DNA from: Acidobacteriota bacterium
GTDB taxonomy: Bacteria; Acidobacteriota; UBA6911; RPQK01; JAJDTT01
DNA length: 64,000 nt
Assembly (NCBI GenBank): GCA_965209055.1
Contig: OZ242374.1
Span: 1,504,001-1,568,000 of the forward strand
Direction: 5' to 3'
Of this stretch, positions 44,784 to 54,393 are shown one piece after another. The notes under the pieces are model-generated. The model had not been told where the DNA came from. It saw nothing but the letters and a program-made list of their open reading frames with translations, and ran no database searches. Numbering within the stretch: the stretch's first letter is position 1; each line of letters begins with the position of its first letter. The translations under genes were made by a program, and so were the position numbers.

Positions 44784-44957
44784 CTAGATTCCGGCATCCG
44801 CGCGAACGCCGTCTCCGTTGAGGTTGGTGTCGTTCAAGCCGGCGTAGTCGTCGAAGTATTCGTCCTCGTCGTCGATGTCTTCAAAGTCGTCGGTGTCGTC
44901 TTCGTCCTCGAACTCGTCGTACAGATCGTCTTCCTGTGCCAAGATGCTTGCAGTCAT
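44784..44957 (-). CDS. Small, extremely acidic protein (57 aa)
   Basis: GGAG RBS; EDDLYDEFEDEDDTDDFEDIDDEDEYFDD encoded with a consistent GAC/GAG codon pattern. Confidence 0.6.
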   Translation of the reverse strand: MTASILAQEDDLYDEFEDEDDTDDFEDIDDEDEYFDDYAGLNDTNLNGDGVRADAGI

Positions 44958-45073
44958 CGATTGAGTCTCCAACGCGATTATCCGCGCCCGCCTGACCCAG
45001 TTCAACTCACCCGGCGGGGATCCACCCGGTATGGAATCCCGTCATGCTGGTTCCGTAGTAGAGTGGTTTCGAA

Positions 45074-45757
45074 GTGAAATCCTTGGGGGCGCTGTTGGAA
45101 GTGGTTGCGGTGGCTGTGGGGGGCATGGTCCTGGCATCGCCGGCGATCAGGTTCCTGGGCTTGTCCGCCGAGGACATCTACGGGGACGTCCCTCATCTCG
45201 TCCTCTATCTGATGCTGGAAACGTCGTTGACGTTGGGCATCATTCTGATCCTGTTGTGGACCGGGGACCGCCGCCTCCGGGACCTGGGATGGGCCAAACG
45301 GGGTTGGCGGAAGGAGTCGTGGGCCGGGGTGTCGGTCGTGCCTCTCCTCTTCGGCGCCACTTTTCTGGTGGGGTTCCTCTTCCGGATCTTTCTGCCCCAG
45401 TACGTCTCCGAGTCGAATCCGCTGTTGGAGATGATCCAGGACGGGACCGACCTGGGATTGCTGCTGATCAGCAGCGTTGTTGTCGGCGGGATCAAGGAAG
45501 AGGTTCAGAGAGCCTTCATCCTGGTGCACTTCCGAAACCATCTCGGAGGAGCGGTTCCGGGTTTGATCCTCTGGAGCGCATTCTTCGGAGCGGGGCATTC
45601 CTTCCAGGGCGTCGATTTCGCCGTGGCCGCGGGTGTTCTGGGGCTGCTCTTCGGTCTGCTCTACCTCTGGAGAGGACATCTGGCCGCTCCCATCGTGGCC
45701 CATGCCCTCTATGACGTGGTCACCCTCTTGATCTTCTGGGGATTGCTCCGCTCCTAG
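45074..45757 (+). CDS. CPBP (Abi/CAAX) family intramembrane glutamic endopeptidase
   Basis: EEVQR, FGAGH, HALYD. Confidence 0.88.
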   Translation: MKSLGALLEVVAVAVGGMVLASPAIRFLGLSAEDIYGDVPHLVLYLMLETSLTLGIILILLWTGDRRLRDLGWAKRGWRKESWAGVSVVPLLFGATFLVGFLFRIFLPQYVSESNPLLEMIQDGTDLGLLLISSVVVGGIKEEVQRAFILVHFRNHLGGAVPGLILWSAFFGAGHSFQGVDFAVAAGVLGLLFGLLYLWRGHLAAPIVAHALYDVVTLLIFWGLLRS

Positions 45758-46536
45758 CGCGGCTCCAAACTGTCGAGAGCCCGCCGCGCTGCCTTCTGTT
45801 CGGCCTGTTTCTTCGACGTGCCCCGGGCCCGTCCCAACACCCGGTTCAGACCCCGAACCTCGACCAGAAAAATCTTGGAATGCTGCGGTCCCGACTCCCG
45901 GATCACCGCGTAGCTCGGTTCGTGTCCTCCCAGCACGTGCAGGCGCTCCTGGAGCTTGGACTTGTAGTTTCCCAGTTCGAGTTCGTTCCGGGCATCCTGC
46001 CTGAGATGATCTCGAAACTGGTGCAGCACGAAGGACCGGGCCGCCTCCATTCCGCCATCCAGATAAATGGCGGCGATGACGCTTTCGAAGGCGTCGGCCA
46101 GTATGGTATTTCGCCTTCGACCTCCTGTCTTCTCTTCGTTGGGGCTCAGCCTGAGATACCGTCCAAGTCCCAAGCGCCCGGACAGGATGGCCAACTCGGA
46201 CTTGGAGACGAGAAAGGAACGGGTTTTTGACAACTCTCCTTCGGCCCGGTCCGGGTTGGCGAGGTACAGCGACTCACTGATGATCAGTTCCAGAACCGAG
46301 TCCCCGAGAAACTCGAGGGACTCGTAGTGTTGTCCGGGTGTTCCCGCGTCGTGAGCGAAGGAACGGTGGGTGAGGGCCCGCTCCAGAACACGAATCCGGT
46401 GAAAACGATGGCCCAGGCGGCTCTGCAGGCTCTTGAGATCTTTCTGGCGGGAGGCAGGCTGACGGCGGGAATGAGATCGGATCCAGACCCGTAAGCGGAC
46501 CGACAGCCCGGACCATGAAAGAAGGATTCTTTTCAA
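45754..46536 (-). CDS. rnc: Ribonuclease III
   Basis: ALTHRS, YESLEFLGD, ADAFESVIAAIYLDGG, dsRBD (YKSKLQE, GPQH, SKKQAEQKAA). Confidence 0.95.
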   Translation of the reverse strand: MKRILLSWSGLSVRLRVWIRSHSRRQPASRQKDLKSLQSRLGHRFHRIRVLERALTHRSFAHDAGTPGQHYESLEFLGDSVLELIISESLYLANPDRAEGELSKTRSFLVSKSELAILSGRLGLGRYLRLSPNEEKTGGRRRNTILADAFESVIAAIYLDGGMEAARSFVLHQFRDHLRQDARNELELGNYKSKLQERLHVLGGHEPSYAVIRESGPQHSKIFLVEVRGLNRVLGRARGTSKKQAEQKAARRALDSLEPR

Positions 46537-46588
46537 GTATCGACCCGGGATGCAGTCTCGGCCTCGTCCGGAATGGACCGAATTGGCG

Positions 46589-47569
46589 TCAAGGATTTTC
46601 TGTCGGAGGGGCCTCTCCCACGTCCGGAAGGATGAACTGCTGCATCTCCTGATTCTGGAGTTCTTGAAGCGCCGCTTCCTTGGCGGCCTTTTGCTGCATC
46701 AGGTACTCGCGCTGCTGATTGATGAGGTCCTCGATGCCATCCGTCTTCTTGTGAACGAAGGTGTAGAGCTGATCGAGTTGCTCCCGTGCGATCTGGGCCG
46801 TCATTCCCCCGGTGGCTGTAGCGCGGGCATAGGCTTCAAGGGCCTTCTCCGCATTCCGCTGTCCGAGGTACGCCCGCCCCATGCGCAGATAGGCTCGATC
46901 ATGGTCCGGTTCCAATTCGACCACCTTGGAGAAATGCTCGACGCAACTGTTCAGGTGCTGGGCCTTGCTGGAGCTGCTCTTCATGGATTGATGCAGATTC
47001 GCCAATCCCAGGGCGTAGTGGCCATCCGCCTCCAGGCGCTCTTTATTGCGAGTCCATTCCACCAGGCTCATTTGCCCGGGCTGTTGTGCGCCAGCGGCGC
47101 CATCCAGACCCTGTTGCGCTCTGGCCAAGGCCTTCTGCACCTCACCCCGCTCGGCATATCCAACGGCCAGTTCGATCAGGAGGACGTAACTGGAGGGCAG
47201 CTCGGCAATGGCCTTCTCGCCGTGCTCCACGAACCGCTCGTACTCATTCTGCTGCTGGAAGTAGAGAGCCAGAAGCTGGTGGGCCAACGGCGTCAGGCCG
47301 CTCTTCGGATGAAACTCAAGGAAGTCCATGGCCAGCTCGGCCTTCTGCTGCAGATCCTCGGTCTGATCGATGGCCGTCCAGGCGTCGAACTCCTCCTTGG
47401 TCTGGGCTTGCCCCACAACCCTGACCGGTTCGGGTGGAGCCACCAGGGGTTCGTCTTCGTCCAAGAGAAATCCTTCGTCTTGCTGTCCCTGGTTCTGATT
47501 CTGAGCGACGGCCCAGTCCCCGGTGGAGAACAATCCCAGGAGAACAATAATGGCGAGAACCTGTTTCAT
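46589..47569 (-). CDS. Secreted TPR-repeat protein
   Basis: Signal peptide; TPR-like helices (HYALGLA, VELEPDHDRAYLRMG). Confidence 0.75.
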   Translation of the reverse strand: MKQVLAIIVLLGLFSTGDWAVAQNQNQGQQDEGFLLDEDEPLVAPPEPVRVVGQAQTKEEFDAWTAIDQTEDLQQKAELAMDFLEFHPKSGLTPLAHQLLALYFQQQNEYERFVEHGEKAIAELPSSYVLLIELAVGYAERGEVQKALARAQQGLDGAAGAQQPGQMSLVEWTRNKERLEADGHYALGLANLHQSMKSSSSKAQHLNSCVEHFSKVVELEPDHDRAYLRMGRAYLGQRNAEKALEAYARATATGGMTAQIAREQLDQLYTFVHKKTDGIEDLINQQREYLMQQKAAKEAALQELQNQEMQQFILPDVGEAPPTENP

Positions 47570-47667
47570 TCTTTTTCTCCGAATCTCATGAAAAGAGGGC
47601 CGCCCCGATCAGGAGGCTAGACGGTAATTGTGGCACAAAAGGCCAACGAATTCACGGAAGGGAAGAT

Positions 47668-47692
47668 GTAGGAGCACCCGTTGCGGGTGCCC
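47668..47692 (+). repeat. GTAG-type REP
   Basis: GTAGGA-GCACCCG-TTG-CGGGTGC-CC. Confidence 0.55.
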
Positions 47693-47699
47693 TCTGGAC

Positions 47700-49268
47700 T
47701 CATTCCTCCGGTTCTTCCGGTCCCAGGGATTCGATCAATTCGGAGGCTTCTTTCCTGGCCCCCTTCAGATCCCCTTCCAGGACCAGGACTTGCTGAAAGC
47801 GCTTCCGGGCCTCGGCCATGGATCCCTGGGAGGCCAGGATGCGGCCCATGCGGACGAGGGACAGACCTCGGACCCACACGGGGGCCCTCGAATTCGAGAC
47901 GCTCTCGTAGTATGCGAACGCCCGCTGCAAGTCTCCCGTCTGACCCGAGATCTGAGCCATGTAGAAGAGGCCGCTGGTGTTTCCCGGATCTTTCCGAAGA
48001 AGTTCTTCCAAGCGCTGCTCCGCCTCGTGAAACTGCTTCCGGGCCATCAATTGACCGGCCTCGTTGAGAAGCGAAATGATGCGGTTTTTTCGCTCCACCC
48101 GCTGCCGTTCGCGTTCCTGGGCGACCTGGAGTTTCCTTTCTTCTTCGGCGAGCGATTCTTCCATGGCCGCGATGGCGGATTCCGCCTCCTTCAGGTTGTC
48201 CTCATCCAGGTCCTGGAGGAGCAGTTCGGCGTAGGCCGGAAATGAAAGCAACCCGCTGCGTTCATATTCGATCAACTGCCGGTAAAAGGAGGGAAGAGCC
48301 ACCAGGCCCTGTCGAAAGAACTCCACGATCTCCCGTTTGGGGTCCTCGGGCGGGTGCATCCGCAGGATCAGGCTTTCGATCATGGACTCGGCCAGGATGA
48401 GCAGAATCCGGTCCCGGTATTCGGGATTCAGTTGGGGCTGCTTGTTGGCCATCCGCAAGATGTTGGCATCCTCGTCCATCCGGGCCACGTACTTCTCGAT
48501 CAGAGGATCGATGAGGACGTGGAGGTATTCGTGCTGGAGGGCGACGTAGTTCTCCGCGGGGTCGTCCGCGGGCCCCACGATGACGTAGTAGATCCGTTCC
48601 AGGTTCCGCGCATTCACGGTGTCCTTGGCGTTGAGGAGGTCGGGAATGAAGATGATGGTCCGGTCCAGGACTCTCCGGGGACCGATCCGGAAGTAGCGGA
48701 GCGTCTGATGGATCAGTTTTTCGAGTACGGGCCGGTAACGTTCGACTTCGTGTTCGTAGCGCTTGAGATGGCCGGTCCACAGATCGGCAATGCCGGCCGG
48801 TGCGTAGAGTTCCCGCACCAGATCGGCAAAGCCTCGCAAGGGAAGGATGTCCGCCGGCAGGTGGTCGGTCTCGTCCGGGAAGGCCAGCTCCGGGACATCC
48901 GAAAGGAGCAGCGCCAGGGAGATGTAGTCGGCGCTCTCCCGGCCCTCGTCCCGGTATCGGCGGTGGGATTCGTAGTAGGTCTGCAGACGAAGAACCAGAT
49001 CGGGATCGAGTCCCTCCAGATGCCGGCGCACTGCTTGCCGCTCCGTCGAGAGCGTTTTCCCGGATCTCTCGTAGTCGAATCCGGCGGCGTTGAGCGCGGC
49101 CATGACGGCGAACACGCGGGCATCGCTCTTGAATGTGATGTTGACCAGATCTTCCAGTTCAGGCTGCGAATTCCCAGGTGCCGGCTGCGGGTCCTCCGCA
49201 GGGGTCTCTTCGCCCCGGACCGGCGGCGAAAAGAGCAGAAGGAGAACAACAAATCGGATTGGCATCAT
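47700..49268 (-). CDS. Secreted protein with an HExxH motif and C-terminal TPR repeats
   Basis: Signal peptide (start MMPIRF at 49268), LQHEYLH, coiled coil, TPRs. Confidence 0.75.
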   Translation of the reverse strand: MMPIRFVVLLLLFSPPVRGEETPAEDPQPAPGNSQPELEDLVNITFKSDARVFAVMAALNAAGFDYERSGKTLSTERQAVRRHLEGLDPDLVLRLQTYYESHRRYRDEGRESADYISLALLLSDVPELAFPDETDHLPADILPLRGFADLVRELYAPAGIADLWTGHLKRYEHEVERYRPVLEKLIHQTLRYFRIGPRRVLDRTIIFIPDLLNAKDTVNARNLERIYYVIVGPADDPAENYVALQHEYLHVLIDPLIEKYVARMDEDANILRMANKQPQLNPEYRDRILLILAESMIESLILRMHPPEDPKREIVEFFRQGLVALPSFYRQLIEYERSGLLSFPAYAELLLQDLDEDNLKEAESAIAAMEESLAEEERKLQVAQERERQRVERKNRIISLLNEAGQLMARKQFHEAEQRLEELLRKDPGNTSGLFYMAQISGQTGDLQRAFAYYESVSNSRAPVWVRGLSLVRMGRILASQGSMAEARKRFQQVLVLEGDLKGARKEASELIESLGPEEPEE

Positions 49269-49312
49269 CGTCCGCAACTCATCGTAATGCAGAATACGAG
49301 GAACGAGAAGAG

Positions 49313-50302
49313 CTAGGCGAAGTGGTCGAAGCCATTGGACGAATCCTCCTCGGCGCCTCCGTCCGCGTCCGGTTGGCGCAGGGTTCCGATTCGCCGCCAC
49401 CCGGGAAGGTGCGGCGGATACTCGGTTCGCAGGTGTTCCAACCGCTCGCCGGAAATCGCAGCCAGGAGAGCATAGTCCTCCCCTCCGGTCAGAGCGGCCT
49501 CCTTGGAGATGTGGGCGGTCAACCCGGGTTCAAGCGGGATCCGGGAACCAGCCTCGAAGCACAGGCCGCTGTCCCCGGACAGGCGTTGGAGGTCGATGCG
49601 CAATCCGTCGCTCACGTCGATCATGGCGCTGGCAAAACCGTGGCGTCGAAGCCAGTCTCCTGCCCGGATCTGCGGGGTGGGAAGAAAATGGGCTTTCAGA
49701 CAGCGCCACCGGAAGGAATCGCCCGCCCAGGCAGCCAGGTCCTCCTCCGTCCGTATGGCTGCCAGTTCGGTGGGATCCTCGCGCTTCAGGAGATTCAATC
49801 CGGCCGCGGAGAGGCCCACGTCCCCCACCAGAACGACGGCGTCGCCCTCGTTGGCCGTGGAACGGTACACGGGATCTCCCGTTTCCAGATGGCCCCAGAT
49901 GGTGACGCCGGCGTGGACGCAGGATCCCCGGGAAAGGTCTCCTCCCACGAGGGGCGCCTTCCATCGCCGCGCCTCCTCTAGAAATCCCTCCATATACGAG
50001 CGAAAGAAGCCGCCGGTCAGGTCGGGAGGAAGCGTCAGGGTGAGGAGACAGGCGGACGGCATGGCACCCATGGCGGCCAGATCGCTCAGATTGACCAGCA
50101 GCGACTTCCGGCCCAGGAAGTAGGGATGCATCCATCGCCGCCGGAAGTGGACGCCTTCCACCAGGACGTCGGTGCTCACCACCAGCCGGGACTGCAGCCC
50201 GGCATCGAAAACGGCGCAGTCGTCCCCCACCCCTTTGAGGACAAAGGGAGGCTCCTCCTGTTTCTGATTCCGAATCCAACGGATCAACTCAGATTCGGTC
50301 AT
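49313..50302 (-). CDS. thiL: Thiamine-monophosphate kinase
   Basis: GVGDDCA, DVLVEGVHF, NLSDLAAMGA, GGD, MIDVSDG, GGEDY. Confidence 0.95.
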   Translation of the reverse strand: MTESELIRWIRNQKQEEPPFVLKGVGDDCAVFDAGLQSRLVVSTDVLVEGVHFRRRWMHPYFLGRKSLLVNLSDLAAMGAMPSACLLTLTLPPDLTGGFFRSYMEGFLEEARRWKAPLVGGDLSRGSCVHAGVTIWGHLETGDPVYRSTANEGDAVVLVGDVGLSAAGLNLLKREDPTELAAIRTEEDLAAWAGDSFRWRCLKAHFLPTPQIRAGDWLRRHGFASAMIDVSDGLRIDLQRLSGDSGLCFEAGSRIPLEPGLTAHISKEAALTGGEDYALLAAISGERLEHLRTEYPPHLPGWRRIGTLRQPDADGGAEEDSSNGFDHFA

Positions 50303-50403
50303 GGCATGATCTCCGGACGCCTGCGATCCCGGCGTTGCGATTATATTAGGAACGCCGCCGCGATTCCCCGGAGGACCGGGCCGATGGAGGGAACGGTAAG
50401 GAC

Positions 50404-50994
50404 ATGAGAGATTGCGTCGTTGCCTGTGCCATGAAGAAGGAGTCGAAGATCCTCCGGGAGCGGCTGGAGACCAGGTGCACTCACTTGGTGACCGGCCTGG
50501 GAATGAACCGAACGCGAACTGCTCTTGAGTCCTATCTCCGCACTCGGAGCCCCTCGATCCTGGTCTTTACCGGCACCGCCGGGCAACTGGATCCCCGGTT
50601 GAAGATGGGCGACGTCGTTTTCCCGAGGCGGTGGTGTCTGCAGACTGGAGAATGCTTCGAGTCGGATCCGGAATTGGTGGCCTTCCTCAGCCAGCGCGGG
50701 GTGCGAATCTCCGGCGCCGGAGTCACGGTCCGAATTCCGGTCATCAAGAAGCAGGATCGTGAGCGGTTGCACCGGAGCCGGGGGGCTTCCATCTGCGACA
50801 TGGAGAGTGCCGCCGTGCTGGAGGTGGCCCGGCGCCATGGAGTGCCCGCCGTGGCTCCCAAAGTCGTTTCCGACACGGCGGAGACGGGAATCCTGGGATT
50901 CCGCAGGGAATTCGAGGCCAACGTGACCCGGCTGAGCCGGTATCTGGACGGCCTTCTGCGGATCGCCGCCGAATTCAATCCGGGTGCCGGCTGA
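50404..50994 (+). CDS. Nucleoside phosphorylase family protein (MTA/SAH nucleosidase- or HpnG-like)
   Basis: TGLG, TGTAGQL, CDMESAAV, KVVSD. Confidence 0.78.
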   Translation: MRDCVVACAMKKESKILRERLETRCTHLVTGLGMNRTRTALESYLRTRSPSILVFTGTAGQLDPRLKMGDVVFPRRWCLQTGECFESDPELVAFLSQRGVRISGAGVTVRIPVIKKQDRERLHRSRGASICDMESAAVLEVARRHGVPAVAPKVVSDTAETGILGFRREFEANVTRLSRYLDGLLRIAAEFNPGAG

Positions 50995-51712
50995 GATGGA
51001 AGAAGGTCTCCCGATTCCCCTTCCGCCCGTGGACCGGCGAGTGAAACTCCGCCTGCAGTTGGAATTCGGAGGAAGAGACGAACTCTTTGAAGCGGTTCAG
51101 GATCTCCCGCCGTTTCTCCGGATTCCGGATCACCCCCCCCGCCTCGACTTCGCCCTGGAAGGCTTCGAACTGGGGTTTGACCAGTAGCAGGAGCTCCAGT
51201 TCGGGGAACTGTTCCAAGCGGGGGAGAATGAGACGGAGTGAGATGAAGGACAGGTCTGCGGTTGCCAGTTCCGGCGGCCGGGGCAGGTGGCCGGGCGTCA
51301 GGAATCGAGCATTGATTCCTTCCAGGACCAACACCCGGGGGTCCTGCCTTAATTTCCAGTCGAGTTGACCCTTGCCCACGTCCAGGGCGAACACCTCCCG
51401 GGCTCCGTGCTGGAGCAGGCAGTCGGTAAAACCCCCGGTCGACGCTCCCAGGTCCAGGCAGACCCGGTTTCGAACCTGGATCCGGAGCGCGGCCAGAGCG
51501 GCCTCCAACTTGAAACCGCCCCGGGACACGAAACGGGGCGGTTCATTGCGTAGCCGTATCCGTTCTCCTGCCGCCACGAGCGTTCCCGGTTTGTCCAGGC
51601 GTTGCCCACCCAGGAAAACCCGGCCGCTCAGGACCAGGGCGCCGGCGGTTCTGACATCGGCCGCCATCCTTTCGGACACGAGCAATTCGTCGAGGCGGAT
51701 CTTTTTCGTCAT
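50975..51712 (-). CDS. tlyA: TlyA family rRNA 2'-O-methyltransferase
   Basis: S4 domain (RLDELL), VSRGGFKL, DLGASTGGFTDCLLQ, DLSFISL, KPQFE, GNRE. Confidence 0.95.
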   Translation of the reverse strand: MTKKIRLDELLVSERMAADVRTAGALVLSGRVFLGGQRLDKPGTLVAAGERIRLRNEPPRFVSRGGFKLEAALAALRIQVRNRVCLDLGASTGGFTDCLLQHGAREVFALDVGKGQLDWKLRQDPRVLVLEGINARFLTPGHLPRPPELATADLSFISLRLILPRLEQFPELELLLLVKPQFEAFQGEVEAGGVIRNPEKRREILNRFKEFVSSSEFQLQAEFHSPVHGRKGNRETFFHLSRHPD

Positions 51713-51758
51713 GCGTTCGGAGGTCCGGCTGGAAACGTGGAGCTGTCCCGTTTCGCCG

Positions 51759-52685
51759 TCAATAGCGCCGGCTGGAGATGAAGGCTGCGATTCCCATGAG
51801 CATCCTGGCCCTGGAGCCCAGGAAGGAGACTTCGCGCGTCGCGTGCCGCACCAGCCGGTCCGCAATCTCATGGCTCCTGCGGACCCCCAGCAGGGCGGGG
51901 TAGGTGGCCTTCTCCAACAGGGCATCCTTCTGCGAACCCTTGCCCAATTCGCTTTGGGAGCCTTCCACGTCCAGGAGATCGTCCACGATCTGAAAACAGA
52001 GGCCGACCTGCCGGGCGTAGGCGCTCAACCTTTGACGGGCGCTTCCGGGGGCCATGCAGAGGAGGGCGGCGGTCGACACGGAGGCCTCGATCAGGGCTCC
52101 GGTCTTGCAGGAGTGAATGTACCGGACCTCCTTTTCGGTATAGGCCTTGCCCTGTGAGAGCAGATCCATGACCTGGCCGCCGATGAGGCCGTTGGAGGTG
52201 CCGATGGCGCGGCACAGGTGAGTGATGACCTGGAGCTTTACGGAATCCGGAACCGCTTTTCCCGGCATCTCCGCCAGGAGCTGGAAGGCCAGGGTCATCA
52301 GGCCGTTCCCGGCCAGAATTGCGATGCCCTCCCCGAACTTCCTGTGGGACGTCGGCAACCCCCGCCGGTAGTCGTCGTCGTCCATGGCGGGAAGGTCGTC
52401 GTGAATCAGGGAGTAGGTGTGGATCAGCTCCAGGGCGCAGGCCAGTTGCAACGAGGTCTCTTCGTCCCCGTCCAGGGCTTCCGCCGTCGCCAGGGCGAGC
52501 GCGGGACGAACCCGTTTGCCCCCGGCGAAGAGGCTGTAGCGCATGGCCTCGTGGACGATCCCGGGATAGGTGTCCGCAGGCGGCATCACGCTCTCCAACC
52601 TGGCGTCGACCCGCCGCTGCTGGAGACGGAGATAACTCCTCACCTCCGCCGAGTCCGCATGGGCCGCCGCCGGGGGTTTCATCAC
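51759..52685 (-). CDS. ispA: Farnesyl diphosphate synthase / polyprenyl synthetase
   Basis: GGKRVRP, HTYSLIHDDLPAMDDDDYRRG, GQ, KT, FQIVDDLLD, KATYP. Confidence 0.93.
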   Translation of the reverse strand: MMKPPAAAHADSAEVRSYLRLQQRRVDARLESVMPPADTYPGIVHEAMRYSLFAGGKRVRPALALATAEALDGDEETSLQLACALELIHTYSLIHDDLPAMDDDDYRRGLPTSHRKFGEGIAILAGNGLMTLAFQLLAEMPGKAVPDSVKLQVITHLCRAIGTSNGLIGGQVMDLLSQGKAYTEKEVRYIHSCKTGALIEASVSTAALLCMAPGSARQRLSAYARQVGLCFQIVDDLLDVEGSQSELGKGSQKDALLEKATYPALLGVRRSHEIADRLVRHATREVSFLGSRARMLMGIAAFISSRRY

Positions 52686-52921
52686 TCCTCTTCCTGCCCG
52701 GAGAGTTGGAAGGGACCCGATTCCAGCTCCCCCTCCTCGTTCCTGGTCAAGATTTCCACTTTGCGCTCCGCCTCCTTCAAGACTCGCGCGCAGTAACGGG
52801 ATACCCGGACCCCCTCTTCAAAGAGCTTCAGGGCCTCTTCCAAAGAGAGGTCTCCCTTCTCCAGGTCTCCGACGATCTTCTCCAAGCGGGACAACTCCCC
52901 TTCGAATTCCCTATATTTCAC
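52682..52921 (-). CDS. xseB: Exodeoxyribonuclease VII small subunit
   Basis: LEKIVGDLEKGDLSLEEALKLFEEG...AERKV. Confidence 0.95.
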   Translation of the reverse strand: MKYREFEGELSRLEKIVGDLEKGDLSLEEALKLFEEGVRVSRYCARVLKEAERKVEILTRNEEGELESGPFQLSGQEEE

Positions 52922-54215
52922 CTTCGTCCTCGCGTCTGGCCATGAAGCTGCCGCGTCCGGTCCGGACCTTGACCAGTTCGCCGTGCAGAACCTGAGCGGC
53001 TTCCCGGACCACCTGTCCGGTGCCGGTCGTGATTATAGCGTAGCCCCGTTCCAGGACCGCCAACGGCGAGTAGGCGTGCAGGCGTCCCGCGGTTTCTCCC
53101 AGGCCCTGCTTCAACTCCTTCAGGTATAGGTCCATCCGATGTTCGAGGGCGGTGCTCGATTGCTCCACCCGGGCACCGATGGGCGCCAGGAACGCGGGAA
53201 GCGCCTTCCGGAATCTCCCCTGGAGATCGTCCAGGCGCTGCAGGAAAAACTTGAGACGAGTCTCGGCGTCCACGAACCCGCGGCTGGCGGTGAGAATGCG
53301 CAGCCGTTCCCGTTTCTTGTGGAGAATCAGCGACATGGCCTGCGCGGCCCGCTTTTCCAGATGTCCCGTTCTTTGAGCGAGCTCCTCCCGGGCCGCGGAG
53401 ACGGTTTCGGCCGCGGCCGACGGGGTCGCAGCTCTCACGTCGGCGACGAAGTCGGCGATGGTGAAGTCGGTCTCGTGACCGACCGCCGAGATCACCGGGA
53501 CGCGGGATTCGAAAATGGTCCTGGCCAGAGCCTCGTCGTTGAACGCCCAGAGGTCTTCCACCGAGCCGCCGCCGCGCGCGATGATGATGGCGTCCACGTC
53601 TCCCCGCCGGGCCAGCTCCCGGATGCCTTCGGCGATTTGCGGGGGAGCCGTGGGTCCCTGGACCGTGGCCGGGTAGATCAGGACGCCGACCCGGTCGTTC
53701 CGTTCCTGCAGGACCCGGAGTATGTCCCGTACCGCCGCGCCGCTGGGGGAGGTCACCACCCCGACCTTGGCGGGAAACAACGGAAGCTTCAGCTTGCGGG
53801 CGGGGTCGAACAGACCCTCCTTGGCGAGCCGTTCCTTGAGTTGTTCGAAGGCGACCTGGAGCGCGCCGCGGCCCAAGGGCTCCAGGTGACTGACCATCAG
53901 TTGGACCTGCCCCCTGGGGGCATAGACCGAGATCGAGCCCCGGGCCAGAAGCTCCATGCCGTCCTCGGGTCGAAACTTCAGGTAGCGGCGCCGCATCCGG
54001 AAACAGACGGCGGGGATTTGCGCTTCCGGGTCCTTGAGGGTGAAGTAGAGGTGGCCGGACGGGGGAATTCGCAGGTTGGAGACCTCACCCTGGACCCAGA
54101 CGTCCCGGAACCCGGTCTCCAATCGGGACTTGATCCGGTAGACGATCTGCGAAACGGACAGGATCCGGCGTTCTTCCGACTCTGCGAACTTCGCCATCAT
54201 GTCGAGCTGCTTCAT
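52911..54215 (-). CDS. xseA: Exodeoxyribonuclease VII large subunit
   Basis: GEVSN, SGHLYFTLKD, ARGGGSVEDLWAFN, GHETD, TPSAAAE, LERGY. Confidence 0.96.
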   Translation of the reverse strand: MKQLDMMAKFAESEERRILSVSQIVYRIKSRLETGFRDVWVQGEVSNLRIPPSGHLYFTLKDPEAQIPAVCFRMRRRYLKFRPEDGMELLARGSISVYAPRGQVQLMVSHLEPLGRGALQVAFEQLKERLAKEGLFDPARKLKLPLFPAKVGVVTSPSGAAVRDILRVLQERNDRVGVLIYPATVQGPTAPPQIAEGIRELARRGDVDAIIIARGGGSVEDLWAFNDEALARTIFESRVPVISAVGHETDFTIADFVADVRAATPSAAAETVSAAREELAQRTGHLEKRAAQAMSLILHKKRERLRILTASRGFVDAETRLKFFLQRLDDLQGRFRKALPAFLAPIGARVEQSSTALEHRMDLYLKELKQGLGETAGRLHAYSPLAVLERGYAIITTGTGQVVREAAQVLHGELVKVRTGRGSFMARREDEGEI

Positions 54216-54272
54216 CCGAATCCGGGCCTGTTTCCGCGGAATGCATAAATACACTAGCATTCCGGAGAAGTT

Positions 54273-54378
54273 GGAAGGGCGATTTCTAATCGCCCATTTC
54301 TCTGCGCCAATTGGTTGCGGCGGATTTCGGCGGTTGGAAACCGCCGCTCCAGATCGGCGGTTAGGAAACCGCCGCTCC
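54273..54378. repeat. REPIN: one forward and two tandem reverse GGAG-type REPs
   Basis: GGAAGGGCGATTTCTAATCGCCC (54273-54295); TCGGCGGTTGGAAACCGCCGCTCC (54327-54350); TCGGCGGTTAGGAAACCGCCGCTCC (54354-54378). Confidence 0.85.
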
Positions 54379-54393
54379 TGCTATGATGGCGTC

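Noticed and set aside
50404-50994. Calling this gene hpnG (hopanoid pathway)
   Set aside because: Only the general nucleoside phosphorylase fold is supported, and no shc or hpnH is nearby.
54327-54378. Two near-identical 24-25 bp palindromic repeats resembling a mini CRISPR array
   Set aside because: Only 3 nt lie between the copies, there are no spacers or cas genes, and the same unit is dispersed elsewhere, so it is a REP.
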